Positions 44,148 to 54,388 of a stretch of 60,348 nucleotides of DNA are shown here, in pieces (the first letter of the stretch is position 1; each line of letters begins with the position of its first letter). The stretch is from a bacterium (GTDB lineage: Bacteria > JAJVIF01 > JAGGVT01), in contig JAGGVT010000059.1 of NCBI GenBank assembly GCA_021157815.1, positions 1 to 60,348 on the forward strand, given 5' to 3'. Both the position numbers and the translations under genes were made by a program. The notes under the pieces are model-generated. The model made no database searches, was not told where the DNA came from, and was given only the letters and a program-made list of their open reading frames with translations.

Positions 44148-46373
44148 TTAATTGCCCTCGACATTCGCGCCTCCACCGCCGTCGATGTAGCCTAATCCCT
44201 TCAGCTGTTCAAGCGCGGATGGGTCGAGTCTTTGAGTTACGCCTTTTTTGGCTTCCGCTTTGTCGTATGTCGGAATCGTTTTTACCGGGTGCTTTTCAAC
44301 AAAGTTTTCATCATACAGGTCAAACCAGATTTTACCGACCATGTCTTCGCCAATCGGCAATCCCATCAGGTAAAGAATATTGCGTGTGACATCCTTGACT
44401 GATTTTTTTTCAGCCATGTTTTTTGAATAATCGCTGCGGCTTTCAGGTTTGACAGGTCCGCCCCAAATAGCGTAAACGCCCTCAATTCGATGAACACCCC
44501 ATAAGACCTGCTTGCCGGTTCCCGCCTGGAAACCGTGATCGCTGAGAATCATGATGACGTCCCTCGATGGATTTGTTTTTTTCATCAGATCGCCAAGCCA
44601 CTTGTCAGCGCTGATATAGGCTTCATCGATTGCGTCAACAGCTTCCTGCTTTATCAAATCAGCGTTGTATAATCCTGCAAGATGGTCCTCCGACGCATTG
44701 CCGTACTTAAAAAGCCAGGTTGGATGCTGCAGGCGGTCGGTTAAACTGTAAACCTGAATATATAAATCCCATTCTCTTTCATCGAACAGGAACTTCCCTA
44801 CTCTCGATTTTACCTTCTCAGTATCAACAAGAAGTTCCTTGACAGCGGGAAGGAGGATCACCTCACGAACCGCCATCCAGGTTACCTCGACAATATACTG
44901 CCCGAACAGCTTAGTTAGTTCTGTCGCTAGAGCATCCGGGAAAGTGAAACTAATAGAGGGATTATCTGAATCGGTGAAAAACGGCGTGATATAAATTATC
45001 ACGTTTTCTTCCTCAAGCCGGATAGCTTTAAATTTCGCAAGGCCGACCACGCCGGGCGCGAGTTGCACGGGGATAAAATCGCTCCAGTCGTTTTCATATA
45101 AAGTGGCAAGCGGAGTTTCTTTTCCCAAAAGCGGAAGAATATCGAAACGCCTGTCATCCTCATAATACCTAAAACGAGCGACCTCAATATCCTCGCCGTA
45201 AATATTATTCAAATCCGACTGGAGTGCAGTCTCAAGCCATTTGTGTTTATAGATTTTACCTGCTGTCTTTTCGTTGTATTTTTCCGCGAGAACATCCGAA
45301 ACAACCATTTTACCCTTGAAGCTGCCATCCTCATCGAGTTTCAAAACCAGCGGTTCGTACGGTGTCAGCATAGTATCCATCGGCTCGGTGTTTAGAATCC
45401 AGCCGTAATTGTTAATTGTCTGGTTGGGAATTGGAAATCCGCTTATTTCCTTGCCGAGAAACTCATCGGGTGGAAACGTACCCGGAATGTTTATGACAGT
45501 TGAGCGAAGGTTATATTCACCAAGAATGTTCCAGAGAGCTTTTACGAGTCGATTAACAGAGTAGCTGATATTCCAGTCGCTAATTCCATGTTCCTTGGGC
45601 AGCTTGCCAGTGAACATCGTTGTCCATATTACAGGCGAACGCATGGGATGTATGCTTTCAAGCGTACCCCATCTCCCCTGCTGCATGATTTTTTTCAGAT
45701 TCGGCAGTTTGCCTTGTTCCAAAAGAGGGTCGATTACCTGCCAGTCAGCGCCATCGACGCCAAAAACCATGACGTTGTACAGTGGTTTTACATCCTGCTC
45801 CCTTTCGACATAACCGCGATAGCTGGTTTGCTTCTTGAGCATTTCCGGCTGCGCGGCACGGTTTTTGCCAAACATCGGATAAAGCACTCCAACACTCAGA
45901 ATGATTATCAGGAGGTTTGCCATTGCGATTTTAATTGGAGATTTAGCTGGCACTCCAATTTGAGGTTCGGATTTTTTTAGTCGGAAGAAAATATTGTAAA
46001 ACCCCAGAAGAATAAGTCCTATCGCGGCTGATGACAGCAGGCCGGCAAAGATGTACAGCACGTAAACAACCAGTCTGGGAAGAACAATTAAATATCGTAT
46101 CCCCTGATTTGCGATTTGATAAACATAGAAAGGAGTAATCGTGAAAAAGCCGAGCCAGAATCCAAGTTTGAAAACTTTGTTTAATTTGGGGAAAATCAGT
46201 GAGATAAGAAACTCGCCAACGATAAAAGCAATCACGTTAGGAATAACAAGCAGTTTGAAAAGGTTAATCAGGCTGTCCTGGTCTATGCTGTAGTAGTATG
46301 CCCACGCGGCTGTTCCAAGAAGCGGCATTAGCAACAATATGCAAAAACTACTCATGTTTTTTTTCGCCGACAT
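44148..46373 (-). CDS. Membrane-anchored alkaline-phosphatase-superfamily enzyme (type I phosphodiesterase/nucleotide pyrophosphatase family)
   Basis: 741 aa. ~6 N-terminal TM helices, then VFGVDGADWQVIDPLLEQGKLPNL..., SPVIWTTMFTG and ILSDHGF motifs. Confidence 0.75.
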   Translation of the reverse strand: MSAKKNMSSFCILLLMPLLGTAAWAYYYSIDQDSLINLFKLLVIPNVIAFIVGEFLISLIFPKLNKVFKLGFWLGFFTITPFYVYQIANQGIRYLIVLPRLVVYVLYIFAGLLSSAAIGLILLGFYNIFFRLKKSEPQIGVPAKSPIKIAMANLLIIILSVGVLYPMFGKNRAAQPEMLKKQTSYRGYVEREQDVKPLYNVMVFGVDGADWQVIDPLLEQGKLPNLKKIMQQGRWGTLESIHPMRSPVIWTTMFTGKLPKEHGISDWNISYSVNRLVKALWNILGEYNLRSTVINIPGTFPPDEFLGKEISGFPIPNQTINNYGWILNTEPMDTMLTPYEPLVLKLDEDGSFKGKMVVSDVLAEKYNEKTAGKIYKHKWLETALQSDLNNIYGEDIEVARFRYYEDDRRFDILPLLGKETPLATLYENDWSDFIPVQLAPGVVGLAKFKAIRLEEENVIIYITPFFTDSDNPSISFTFPDALATELTKLFGQYIVEVTWMAVREVILLPAVKELLVDTEKVKSRVGKFLFDEREWDLYIQVYSLTDRLQHPTWLFKYGNASEDHLAGLYNADLIKQEAVDAIDEAYISADKWLGDLMKKTNPSRDVIMILSDHGFQAGTGKQVLWGVHRIEGVYAIWGGPVKPESRSDYSKNMAEKKSVKDVTRNILYLMGLPIGEDMVGKIWFDLYDENFVEKHPVKTIPTYDKAEAKKGVTQRLDPSALEQLKGLGYIDGGGGANVEGN

Positions 46374-46481
46374 ACATCACCTTTGCTGGTAATCGAAAAC
46401 GCTCATTATATCCCCACTGAATATACTACATTAATATCGTTTAATTTTCAGATATGGATACAAAATTCAAAATTGCATCAT

Positions 46482-47354
46482 CGTAGCGCTGGTGTCCCGG
46501 GGGTGTTGAAAAAGCGCCGGTTATGGGGATAACCCATTATATGTAGGGGCGAACCTTGTGTTCGCCCAGAAGGTTAGGCATAAATACAGGGCAACCCACT
46601 AGTGGGCGAACACAAGGAAACTGTCTTATAACTAATAAACATCTAGTAAATATCCTGTGAATATCTAACAATTTTGTGCTGCTGTTTGTGCTGCGGGCAT
46701 ATTGGGGCTGTTGAGAAACCCTGTTTTAATTTTATCTTCCCTCAAAAATGGCAAATTGTCATTCTGAACTTGATTCAGAATCCACGTCTTCCAGGCTTGA
46801 AGATGGATTCCGGGTCAAGCCCGGAATGACATTAAATATACTTGATGGTTTTATTATGATTTTCTGGTCTATTAAACCTTTTTCAACAGCCCCATCCTGC
46901 CTGCATCTTTTAAAATCTTAAGTTACCACTGGTGTCCGGTTAAGTTATTGACCAATTACCGGATTGATGATTAATAGAAGATATACCGGCTTATTGGGAT
47001 TTTCAGACATGAACCGAAAGTGAACACCGAATCGTTCTATCCGTTCTGAACTTGATTCAGAATCCACGTCTTCCAGGCTTGAAGATGGATTCCGGATCAA
47101 GCCCGGAATGACATTAAATATACTTGATGGTTTTATTATGATTTTCTGGTCTATTAAACCTTTTTCAACAACCCCATCCTGCCTGCATCTTTTAAAATCT
47201 TAAGTTACATTAAAAAATGCAGACAGTATCCCTGCAGCACAAAATTACTGTTTATTTGCACATTTCAATTAGTTCTGAGACAGTCTCCAAGGTTCGCCCC
47301 TACGGTTTGCGCCCAAAGGAGGTTTTTCAACAGCCTCGGGACACCAACGCTACG
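46482..47354. repeat. Composite nested palindromic repeat block (~870 bp) filling the whole intergenic region
   Basis: Outer arms cgtagcgctggtgtcccgggggtgttgaaaaagc / ggtttttcaacagcctcgggacaccaacgctacg. Inner palindromes include gggcgaacacaagg. 165-bp direct repeats 46762-46926 and 47044-47208 flank a 117-bp family A fragment (46927-47043). Family J copies lie at 46757-46831 and 47044-47120. Confidence 0.8.
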
Positions 47355-47372
47355 AAACATCGCTGGATTGCG

Positions 47373-48137
47373 CTATGTATAAAGTTTGTCCTTGTCAACC
47401 TCATCGCGAAGAACTCGAAGTTCCTCGGATGTTGGAGGTTCGTTCTGTTCCAATGGTTCAGCCCAGAGAAGCTCAAATCCCGTGTTTTCTATGACCTGCT
47501 CTTTTGTTATTCCCGGATTCAGAGCAAGTACTTTCATGCGCTTGGTTTCATCATCGAAGCCGATTACACAGAGATTTGTAATTACACGATAGGGCCCTGA
47601 ACCAGGGGGAAGTCCGGCATCCTCACGCGCGCCCGGACCCGACAGGTAACCGGGGGTTGTGATGAAATCCACTTTGGGAATGAATTTTTTCGTGTCCTGA
47701 GGCATGATGTAGATGGTACGCCAGCATGCTGAACCGATATCGTTCGCGCCGCCTGAACCCGGAAGACGGACTTTCGGATTCGGCTGCTCGCCTATAACAG
47801 TTGTGTTCAGGTTGCCGTACATATCCACCTGCGCACCGCCGACAAAGCCATACTCAATTAATCCGCACGCTGCCATGTCCATGACATCCGCAATACTCAA
47901 CGCAGCGAGCGCACGGTAGAATGTTCTTGAACCACCGACCGCAAGCGGGAGATCCTCCAGAATCGGGCCCACGCCGCCGAATTCGAAGACTGTCATCAGG
48001 TCGGGGGTGTAAAGTTTACGCGCCAACGATGCCGCCAGCATCGGGATTCCGGTGCCCACAAACGCGCTTGTGTTGTCCTCCATCTGGCGAGCCGCCAGGC
48101 AGATTAGAAGTTCATTCGGGTTGTATTCATCAGCCAT
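47373..48137 (-). CDS. gctB: Family I CoA-transferase subunit B (glutaconate CoA-transferase-like)
   Basis: 254 aa; LICLAARQMEDNTSAFVGTGIPMLAA and LPGSGGANDIG motifs. Subunit sizes fit GctA/GctB rather than AtoD/AtoA. Confidence 0.7.
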   Translation of the reverse strand: MADEYNPNELLICLAARQMEDNTSAFVGTGIPMLAASLARKLYTPDLMTVFEFGGVGPILEDLPLAVGGSRTFYRALAALSIADVMDMAACGLIEYGFVGGAQVDMYGNLNTTVIGEQPNPKVRLPGSGGANDIGSACWRTIYIMPQDTKKFIPKVDFITTPGYLSGPGAREDAGLPPGSGPYRVITNLCVIGFDDETKRMKVLALNPGITKEQVIENTGFELLWAEPLEQNEPPTSEELRVLRDEVDKDKLYT

Positions 48138-48193
48138 TTTTTGTTTTCCTGTTTTTATTATTAAGAAACCTTTAAAAAATATAAATTCTCATT

Positions 48194-48256
48194 GTAACCC
48201 GGCGTCCCTTCGCCGGGGTTTTTCTACCATACCCCGGGAAAGGGATCCCGGGTTAC
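48194..48256. repeat. Inverted pair of family H hairpins between the CoA-transferase subunit genes
   Basis: gtaacccggcgtcccttcgccgggg ... ccccgggaaagggatcccgggttac. Confidence 0.7.
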
Positions 48257-48313
48257 AAACTTAGAACCATTTTCCCCGGTTAATGAGAAACCGGGCTACA
48301 GGCAAATAGCGCT

Positions 48314-49285
48314 CTAACGTCCCTTGCAAATATCCTTCAGATTCTGAAGTTTGTCTCGTCCGATTAAATCAAGATATTCATCATTGTTCTTTACGCCGTA
48401 AACGTACTTGTTCATGTATTCCTGTGTTGTTTCCTCATTCTTTTGAGCGGTAATCCAATCGCTGATAGATTCCTCATCGCGCCAGTAAATGTAGTTCATT
48501 TCACCCGGATGCGAGCCAAAAGGCGCATGAACAATGGCATCTACGAAGAAATAAGGAATCACTGTCCTGTCCGGATATTTACGGATTTCATCTGTACTGA
48601 TTATCTCCTCGGTACTGATAATGAGTTTTTTCGATGCTTTCGCCATTTCAGGCGCGAATCCTTTGATGCCATCAATCTGGCAGTTGCCGAATTCATCGCA
48701 GCGGTGAACGTGAATGATGCCGACATCGAGCACCGACGCTGGAAGCAGGCAAACCTTGTTTCCGGTGAACGGGTCTTTGACAACTTTCGCGGCTGAATAC
48801 TTGAAAGTATCAGTTCCCAGCATGCTCCTGACAGCGATAAACGGCTGCCCCATTGCCGCCGCGCGCATACGCCATACTAAAGCGGCGTTAGACCACTCGG
48901 AAACTTTGATTCGACCGCTCTCGACAGCGCGCCTTAAAATGCTTGAAATGCCATGAACCTCATAACCGATGTAGGTCTGGTCAAGAACGTCAACCAAATC
49001 AGCGGCGATAAGAACATCGATTTCATTAATTCCCTGCCCTACCATCCTGAGATTACCGATTTTCTGCCGCGCGATTTCACGCGCGATGGACATCGAGCAT
49101 CGAACCGAGCCGTACAATTCGAATCCGATATAATCGCCGGGTTTGATGAATTTCGAAACAGCGTCATGCTCGCTCATCACTTTCGATTTAAGCGCCATGG
49201 ATTTGTTTTTGCGAAAGTAATCGCGTTGTCCGTTAGGGTCAACCGGACAGAATAGTTCGCCAATGCCTGATTCAACCACTTCCAT
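48314..49285 (-). CDS. gctA: Family I CoA-transferase subunit A (glutaconate CoA-transferase-like)
   Basis: 323 aa, colinear with CoA-transferase alpha subunits (..GDYIGFELYG.., ..MVGQGINEID..). Confidence 0.7.
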   Translation of the reverse strand: MEVVESGIGELFCPVDPNGQRDYFRKNKSMALKSKVMSEHDAVSKFIKPGDYIGFELYGSVRCSMSIAREIARQKIGNLRMVGQGINEIDVLIAADLVDVLDQTYIGYEVHGISSILRRAVESGRIKVSEWSNAALVWRMRAAAMGQPFIAVRSMLGTDTFKYSAAKVVKDPFTGNKVCLLPASVLDVGIIHVHRCDEFGNCQIDGIKGFAPEMAKASKKLIISTEEIISTDEIRKYPDRTVIPYFFVDAIVHAPFGSHPGEMNYIYWRDEESISDWITAQKNEETTQEYMNKYVYGVKNNDEYLDLIGRDKLQNLKDICKGR

Positions 49286-49564
49286 TTTTCAGCTCCGAGA
49301 TAAGGTTATTCAAGAGGGTTAATTTATCATGGATTTGTATAATTAGACAAGTGGAAATATTTTTAGTAAATGCCGGGAACGTCACATATATGAATCATTA
49401 TTCCATTCATATTATAATGTACAACTTGATATGGGCTGTCACCGTGGCTGTCACCTTTTTCCATAAAAATTCTATCGAGTATCTTAGAAACATATTGCAT
49501 CCCACAATAAGTTAGGTTATGCTAACTAACTTATTTGAATATAACTTTTAACAAGGTCACTGCA

Positions 49565-50473
49565 ATGAAAAAGGTTTCACTATATACTTTCAGCATGTTG
49601 TTTATCTCTCTCGTTGTTAATATTGCATCGTCACAGATTGCCCATGCTGACCCCGGACTTCTATTAATCGCGCATGGCTCTCCAATGCCACAATGGAATC
49701 AACCTGTGATTGAACTCGGCGAAAAAGTGGCAGCACAGGTTGAAAAGAATGGAAAGTTCAAAGCGGTTCGGACAGTGTTTCTTGAATTCACCCAACCGGA
49801 TATCGTGTGGGGTGTAACTGAACTCGAGAATGCCGGATGCGATAGAATCATCGCTGTCCCTCTTTTCATCACACCGTCATCACATACACACTTCGATGTC
49901 CCCGCTGTGCTTGGGATATACACATCTGATGAGATAAAAGCTGTAATCGCGAATGAGGGCGGACGAATCGCACAACCAAAAGTGCCGATAACACTCACTC
50001 ATACGCTGGATGGAAACGATTTGCTTCAACAATTCGCGCTGGATGAGGTAAGGTCATTGTCGGAAAATCCGGAACAGGAAGCCTTAATAATCATCATGCA
50101 CGGATGTGATGACCATTATAATCTGGTTATAAGAAAAGCGCTCCGAGTTGCATCCTTTTGCTGTGGGAATACAGGAATCGATTACGCTGATTGGGGATTT
50201 GCCGCATTTGGCCAGAGTTATTTCGAGAAATGTATTCCCGTGATTGTCGATGCCGCGAATGAGAAGGAAAAAGTAATCGTCCTAGGGCTTTATGTGTCGT
50301 CGAGCGCGGCTGATATTCATAATCGAGCAATGAACATGGCAAATGACAAATTTACAAAAATGATGAAGGAAACTCTGAAAGATAAAAATGTGGTATTTTC
50401 GACCAATGGCCTTGTAAATTATGCTCCAACTGTGCAGTGGATAATCGATACAGCCGAAAACGCGCTGGATTAG
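49565..50473 (+). CDS. CbiX/SirB-like chelatase-fold protein with signal peptide
   Basis: Start moved to ATG 49565 (MKKVSLYTF...AHA). GLLLIAHGSP and a second half IIIMHGCDD. Confidence 0.6.
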   Translation: MKKVSLYTFSMLFISLVVNIASSQIAHADPGLLLIAHGSPMPQWNQPVIELGEKVAAQVEKNGKFKAVRTVFLEFTQPDIVWGVTELENAGCDRIIAVPLFITPSSHTHFDVPAVLGIYTSDEIKAVIANEGGRIAQPKVPITLTHTLDGNDLLQQFALDEVRSLSENPEQEALIIIMHGCDDHYNLVIRKALRVASFCCGNTGIDYADWGFAAFGQSYFEKCIPVIVDAANEKEKVIVLGLYVSSSAADIHNRAMNMANDKFTKMMKETLKDKNVVFSTNGLVNYAPTVQWIIDTAENALD

Positions 50474-50643
50474 AATCCCCCATTGTTGTTAAGAACGAAT
50501 GCAGGTATAATATTTTCAAATCAGGCTAATGCAATTACTGTAATTGAGACTTCAGTAAATTGTATATTTGTGGCATGAAATGATACAATCAGATAGCTTT
50601 CAGGTTTTCTGAGCAGTTGAGTATAAAATAGGAAACAAACCAC

Positions 50644-51233
50644 GTGCCCAAAAAGATTCAGGCCATATGGGATGTGTTTTTAAGCCATTCACACGAGGAC
50701 GCGGAGAGTGTTGAATTTGTCGCAAAGCGCCTTGAGGATGATGGCAAGTTTCAGGTATGGCTGGACAAATGGGTGCTTATCCCCGGTAAAAGCTGGCAGC
50801 GGATATCATCAAAGGCCTAAATGAAACCAATTGCTGTGCGGTGTTTATAGGAGGGAAAACACCTGATGGCTGGTTCCGCATGGAAATTGAGCGCACACTG
50901 GACCGTCAGGCACTGGAAGATGGTTTCCGTGTTTTAGCAGTTCTTCTCCCGGGCGCTGATGAAAAATACGTTGATAAATTTCTTGGCCTAAGGTCATGGG
51001 TTGATTTCAAAGGCGGTCTTGACAATAAAAGGGAATTTCATCGCCTTTACAGCGCGATAAGAGATGTGGCTCCGGGTAGAGGGCCTGCTAAAAAAACCAT
51101 AACAAGTGAGCAGATGAATACTGTTAAAGAGGATCTGAGCAAGATTAAACAATTGCTCGATGATCGATTAATAGCGAAAGAAATCGCATATGAGTATCAA
51201 CGCAAACTACTGGATAGCTTAGTCTCGGTTTGA
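50644..51233 (+). pseudogene. TIR-domain protein with a -1 frame break near 50800
   Basis: GTG 50644 gives ..IWDVFLSHSHEDAESVEFVAKRLEDDGKFQVWLDKWVLIPGKSWQ, then TAA at 50818. The TIR continues in the -1 frame (DIIKGLNETNCCAVFIGGKTPDGWFRMEIERTL..) into the tracked ORF 50841-51233. One extra g in cagcgg would restore the frame. Confidence 0.75.
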
Positions 51234-53032
51234 CAAAACAAAAAACACCAAAATATGATATTTTTCTCAGTTACTCGAACCAGGATTATGAAGCAGTTGA
51301 GGAGATAGCGAACTGCATTGCGGATACAGGCATTCATGTCTGGTTCGACAGATGGGACATGGTTCCCGGCGGCAGTTCAACTCAATTAATTGAAACATTG
51401 GAAAATTCCGCGACGATTGCTTTTTGTATTGGACCCGAACAATCGACATCTGAACAGTTGTTGCAGATTGAAGATATAAAATCCGCGCATCGCTTAAATG
51501 TTATTCCCATACTGCTTCCCGATGCGGAAGAAAAACAAATCCCTGACGGCTTCAAAGGTTTGGACATTATAAACCTGTCAGAACAAATAACGGATGCCAC
51601 TGAACTCGGCAGGTTGATTGCTTTGGTTCTCGGCGCGAAAAAACCAACTGAATTTGAAAAAGAGCAATATATCGGTGATGCTCTCAAACAGATTGGCGAT
51701 ATCGACGGCGCGCTTGCACATTTTGAACGGGCATTGATAATTGCGGAAAACCTGCCTGATGATAATAGCACTCTTGTTTCTGAAACTCACGGTTTGATAG
51801 GCAGTATCCTTCGAGACCATGGGAAATGGGACATGGCGCTTGAGCATTTCAAAAAAGCGCTTGCCATTGATGAGCAGCATCCCGACAGTGAACCATCAAC
51901 TTTTGCCGACCATTTAAACAGCATCGGGGGAATCCACTATGACAAAGGCGAATATAAAAAGGCGCAGGAGTTCTTTGAAAAAGCGCTGTTAATAAATCGG
52001 AAAGCTGACAATAAAAATCAGGAAGCAATTGCCCTTAACAATATTGGATTAGTGATGAAAGCGCTAGGCGATCGAAAACGCGCGAATGAAATGTATAACA
52101 AGGCGCTCAAAATTGCTGAATCGGTGGAAGACAAGGCTCAGCAGGCGACAACATTAAACAATATTTCAATCATTCATTACTTGTTAGGTGATTTTCAAAA
52201 AGCGCTTGAGATAATCAATTCCGCATTACCCATCGCAAATGAAATTGGCAACAAGAGAATAATCGCCTCAAATCTCGGCAACCGCGCCTTAATCCTTCAA
52301 TCGCTTGGCAACCTTGAAAAGGCAATGGAGTTGACAAAAGAGCAGGAGAAAATCTCCCGTGAGATTGGCGATCCTGTCGGGCTGCAGCGTTCACTTGGCA
52401 ATCAGGGAATGATTAAATATATGGGCAACAAACTGGATGAAGCGTTGCTGCTATTGCAGGAACAGGAGGAAATCTGCCGTGAGCTTGGTGATCGTGTTGG
52501 CCTGAATAAAAGCCTTGGCAATCAGGCGTTAATCGAAAAGCGTCTTGATAATATGGACAAGGCTGTTTCTCTTCACAAAGAGGAAGAGAGCATCTGCCGT
52601 GAGATCAACGACCTTGATGGGCTTCAGCGGTCACTCGGCAATCAGGCGCATATTGCATATCGCAACGAGGATATTGACCGCACAATGGAACTTCTAAATG
52701 AACAGGAGGAGATCTGTCGCCATCTCAAGGATCCTGTTGGTCTGCTTAGATGTATTGGCGGACGTGCAATAATATTGGAGAATCAGGAAAATTTCGAAGA
52801 TGCGCTCAAGCTTATGAAAGAACAGGAAAAAATCGCTCGTAAACTGAGCATTCCAAGAAGCCTTGCGATATCACTGGCTAATCAGGCAAATGTTTTATTA
52901 AAGCAGGGAAAGCCAAAAGAGGCTCTTCCCAAATGTGAGGAATCAATCAATATGGCAAACGAACATGGTCTGGCTCGTTTGGCAAAGGAGATAACGGAAG
53001 TCCTTGATAGAATAAAATCGCAGATTGACTAA
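51230..53032 (+). CDS. TIR-domain protein fused to ~11 TPR repeats
   Basis: The TTG start overlaps the upstream TGA (tTTGA). YDIFLSYSNQDYEAVEEIANCIADTGIHVWFDRWDM, then TPR_12-like repeats including five ~40-aa LGNQ...EQE.ICRE..D..GL.RS units. Confidence 0.85.
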   Translation: MTKQKTPKYDIFLSYSNQDYEAVEEIANCIADTGIHVWFDRWDMVPGGSSTQLIETLENSATIAFCIGPEQSTSEQLLQIEDIKSAHRLNVIPILLPDAEEKQIPDGFKGLDIINLSEQITDATELGRLIALVLGAKKPTEFEKEQYIGDALKQIGDIDGALAHFERALIIAENLPDDNSTLVSETHGLIGSILRDHGKWDMALEHFKKALAIDEQHPDSEPSTFADHLNSIGGIHYDKGEYKKAQEFFEKALLINRKADNKNQEAIALNNIGLVMKALGDRKRANEMYNKALKIAESVEDKAQQATTLNNISIIHYLLGDFQKALEIINSALPIANEIGNKRIIASNLGNRALILQSLGNLEKAMELTKEQEKISREIGDPVGLQRSLGNQGMIKYMGNKLDEALLLLQEQEEICRELGDRVGLNKSLGNQALIEKRLDNMDKAVSLHKEEESICREINDLDGLQRSLGNQAHIAYRNEDIDRTMELLNEQEEICRHLKDPVGLLRCIGGRAIILENQENFEDALKLMKEQEKIARKLSIPRSLAISLANQANVLLKQGKPKEALPKCEESINMANEHGLARLAKEITEVLDRIKSQID

Positions 53033-53075
53033 GAGTAAAGCAATAGTATTTAACCCTCCATCAGAGACCTCTGGA

Positions 53076-54155
53076 TTATTTAACCCGCACGTTTTCAAAT
53101 ATTTCCCTGAGGCTTGCGAGGATTTCCTCGCTTTTACATTCACGCTTAACAGTGCATGCCATCTTCCTGTAACGCTTTTGCCTGAATTCATCGTGGTCTC
53201 TTTTTATTCTATTCAGAAACAATTTAACATCATGAATATTTGCTTTGACAATCTCGATCCTCTCAAAATCAAACAACCCATTGAATTTGAGGTAATTAAC
53301 GCGGAGATTGTTTCTCTTTAGTGATGTGAGTTTGCTCATATCGCTGTCAAGAACAGCAGTTACATTATGTACATGCGGAATGACATTCGATGCCTTTTTA
53401 CAAATCCTGCAGGCATAATAGGACAGGTTTCGCAATTTGCTTGATTTGACATCCGGCAGTTTTGTTAATGCAAATCGAGTGAAGTGTTTTTTACACAATA
53501 GATTATCAGCATGTGGTTTTAATTCCCTGTTGATTTTAACAAGCGCCTTTTTTATTGCATCCTGCGTTTTAATATTTGTTGTTTCCAACCGTTCAACAAG
53601 TGGGTCAACGGGTCGTGAATCGCCCTCTTTTGCAAAAGCGATTAAATCATCATATCGTAATTGGGCGATTGCAACAGCAAGAGGCCCCTCCCCCAATTTT
53701 TCAAGCGCGATTAACGCGACCTTGCCAGCTTTATCGAATGAATCATTGAGGCGTTCGATAAGAGGTTCAACAGCGCGTTTGTCGCCAAGTTTGCCAAGCG
53801 CCTCGCACGCTGCGTGCCTGACCCATCTTTTTCCATCGCGGAGACATTCAATCAACGGCTCAACTGCACGATTATCGCCAAGTTTTCCCAACGCTACAAC
53901 CGCGTTAAATCGAACGAGATAAACAGAATCCTCAAGGCATTTGATCAATGGCTCAACGGTATTGATACTGCCAAGATTCCCAAGCGCCTTGCACGCGACC
54001 TTGCGCACTTCCTTTTCGGGATCATCCAGGAGTTTCATAACCGGCTCAACAGCGAGGGGATTGCCGATCTCACCCAGATTGATACAGGCATCGCGGCGTT
54101 CATCCGGATTCGGGGATTTCAGATTGCTTATCATATCATCGAAATCTGTAAACAT
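53076..54155 (-). CDS. HEAT (PBS-lyase-type) repeat protein with an uncharacterised Cys-containing C-terminal domain
   Basis: Start placed at ATG 54155 (aggagag SD); the tracked start is a GTG 57 nt upstream. ~5 repeats of ..R..A..ALG.lGd.raVepLi..L.D; C-terminal CKKH..CRIC. Confidence 0.75.
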   Translation of the reverse strand: MFTDFDDMISNLKSPNPDERRDACINLGEIGNPLAVEPVMKLLDDPEKEVRKVACKALGNLGSINTVEPLIKCLEDSVYLVRFNAVVALGKLGDNRAVEPLIECLRDGKRWVRHAACEALGKLGDKRAVEPLIERLNDSFDKAGKVALIALEKLGEGPLAVAIAQLRYDDLIAFAKEGDSRPVDPLVERLETTNIKTQDAIKKALVKINRELKPHADNLLCKKHFTRFALTKLPDVKSSKLRNLSYYACRICKKASNVIPHVHNVTAVLDSDMSKLTSLKRNNLRVNYLKFNGLFDFERIEIVKANIHDVKLFLNRIKRDHDEFRQKRYRKMACTVKRECKSEEILASLREIFENVRVK

Positions 54156-54388
54156 ATTCCGCACTCTCCTCTCTGGCCATTTCAGAGAGATTCCGTTACG
54201 TTGAGAACTCACTCATAATTATAAATGAATTGCCATAAAAAGGGAAAGCATGCCGTCGGAGGCTGTTGAAAAGCGTTATATATAGGAGATTGACTCCAAA
54301 CACCCCAAAACCGGCATCACGAGAACGCATGTAAGGATTAATACATATTATTCATGCGTTCGAGATGCTGGTCTATTGTTTTCAGATA

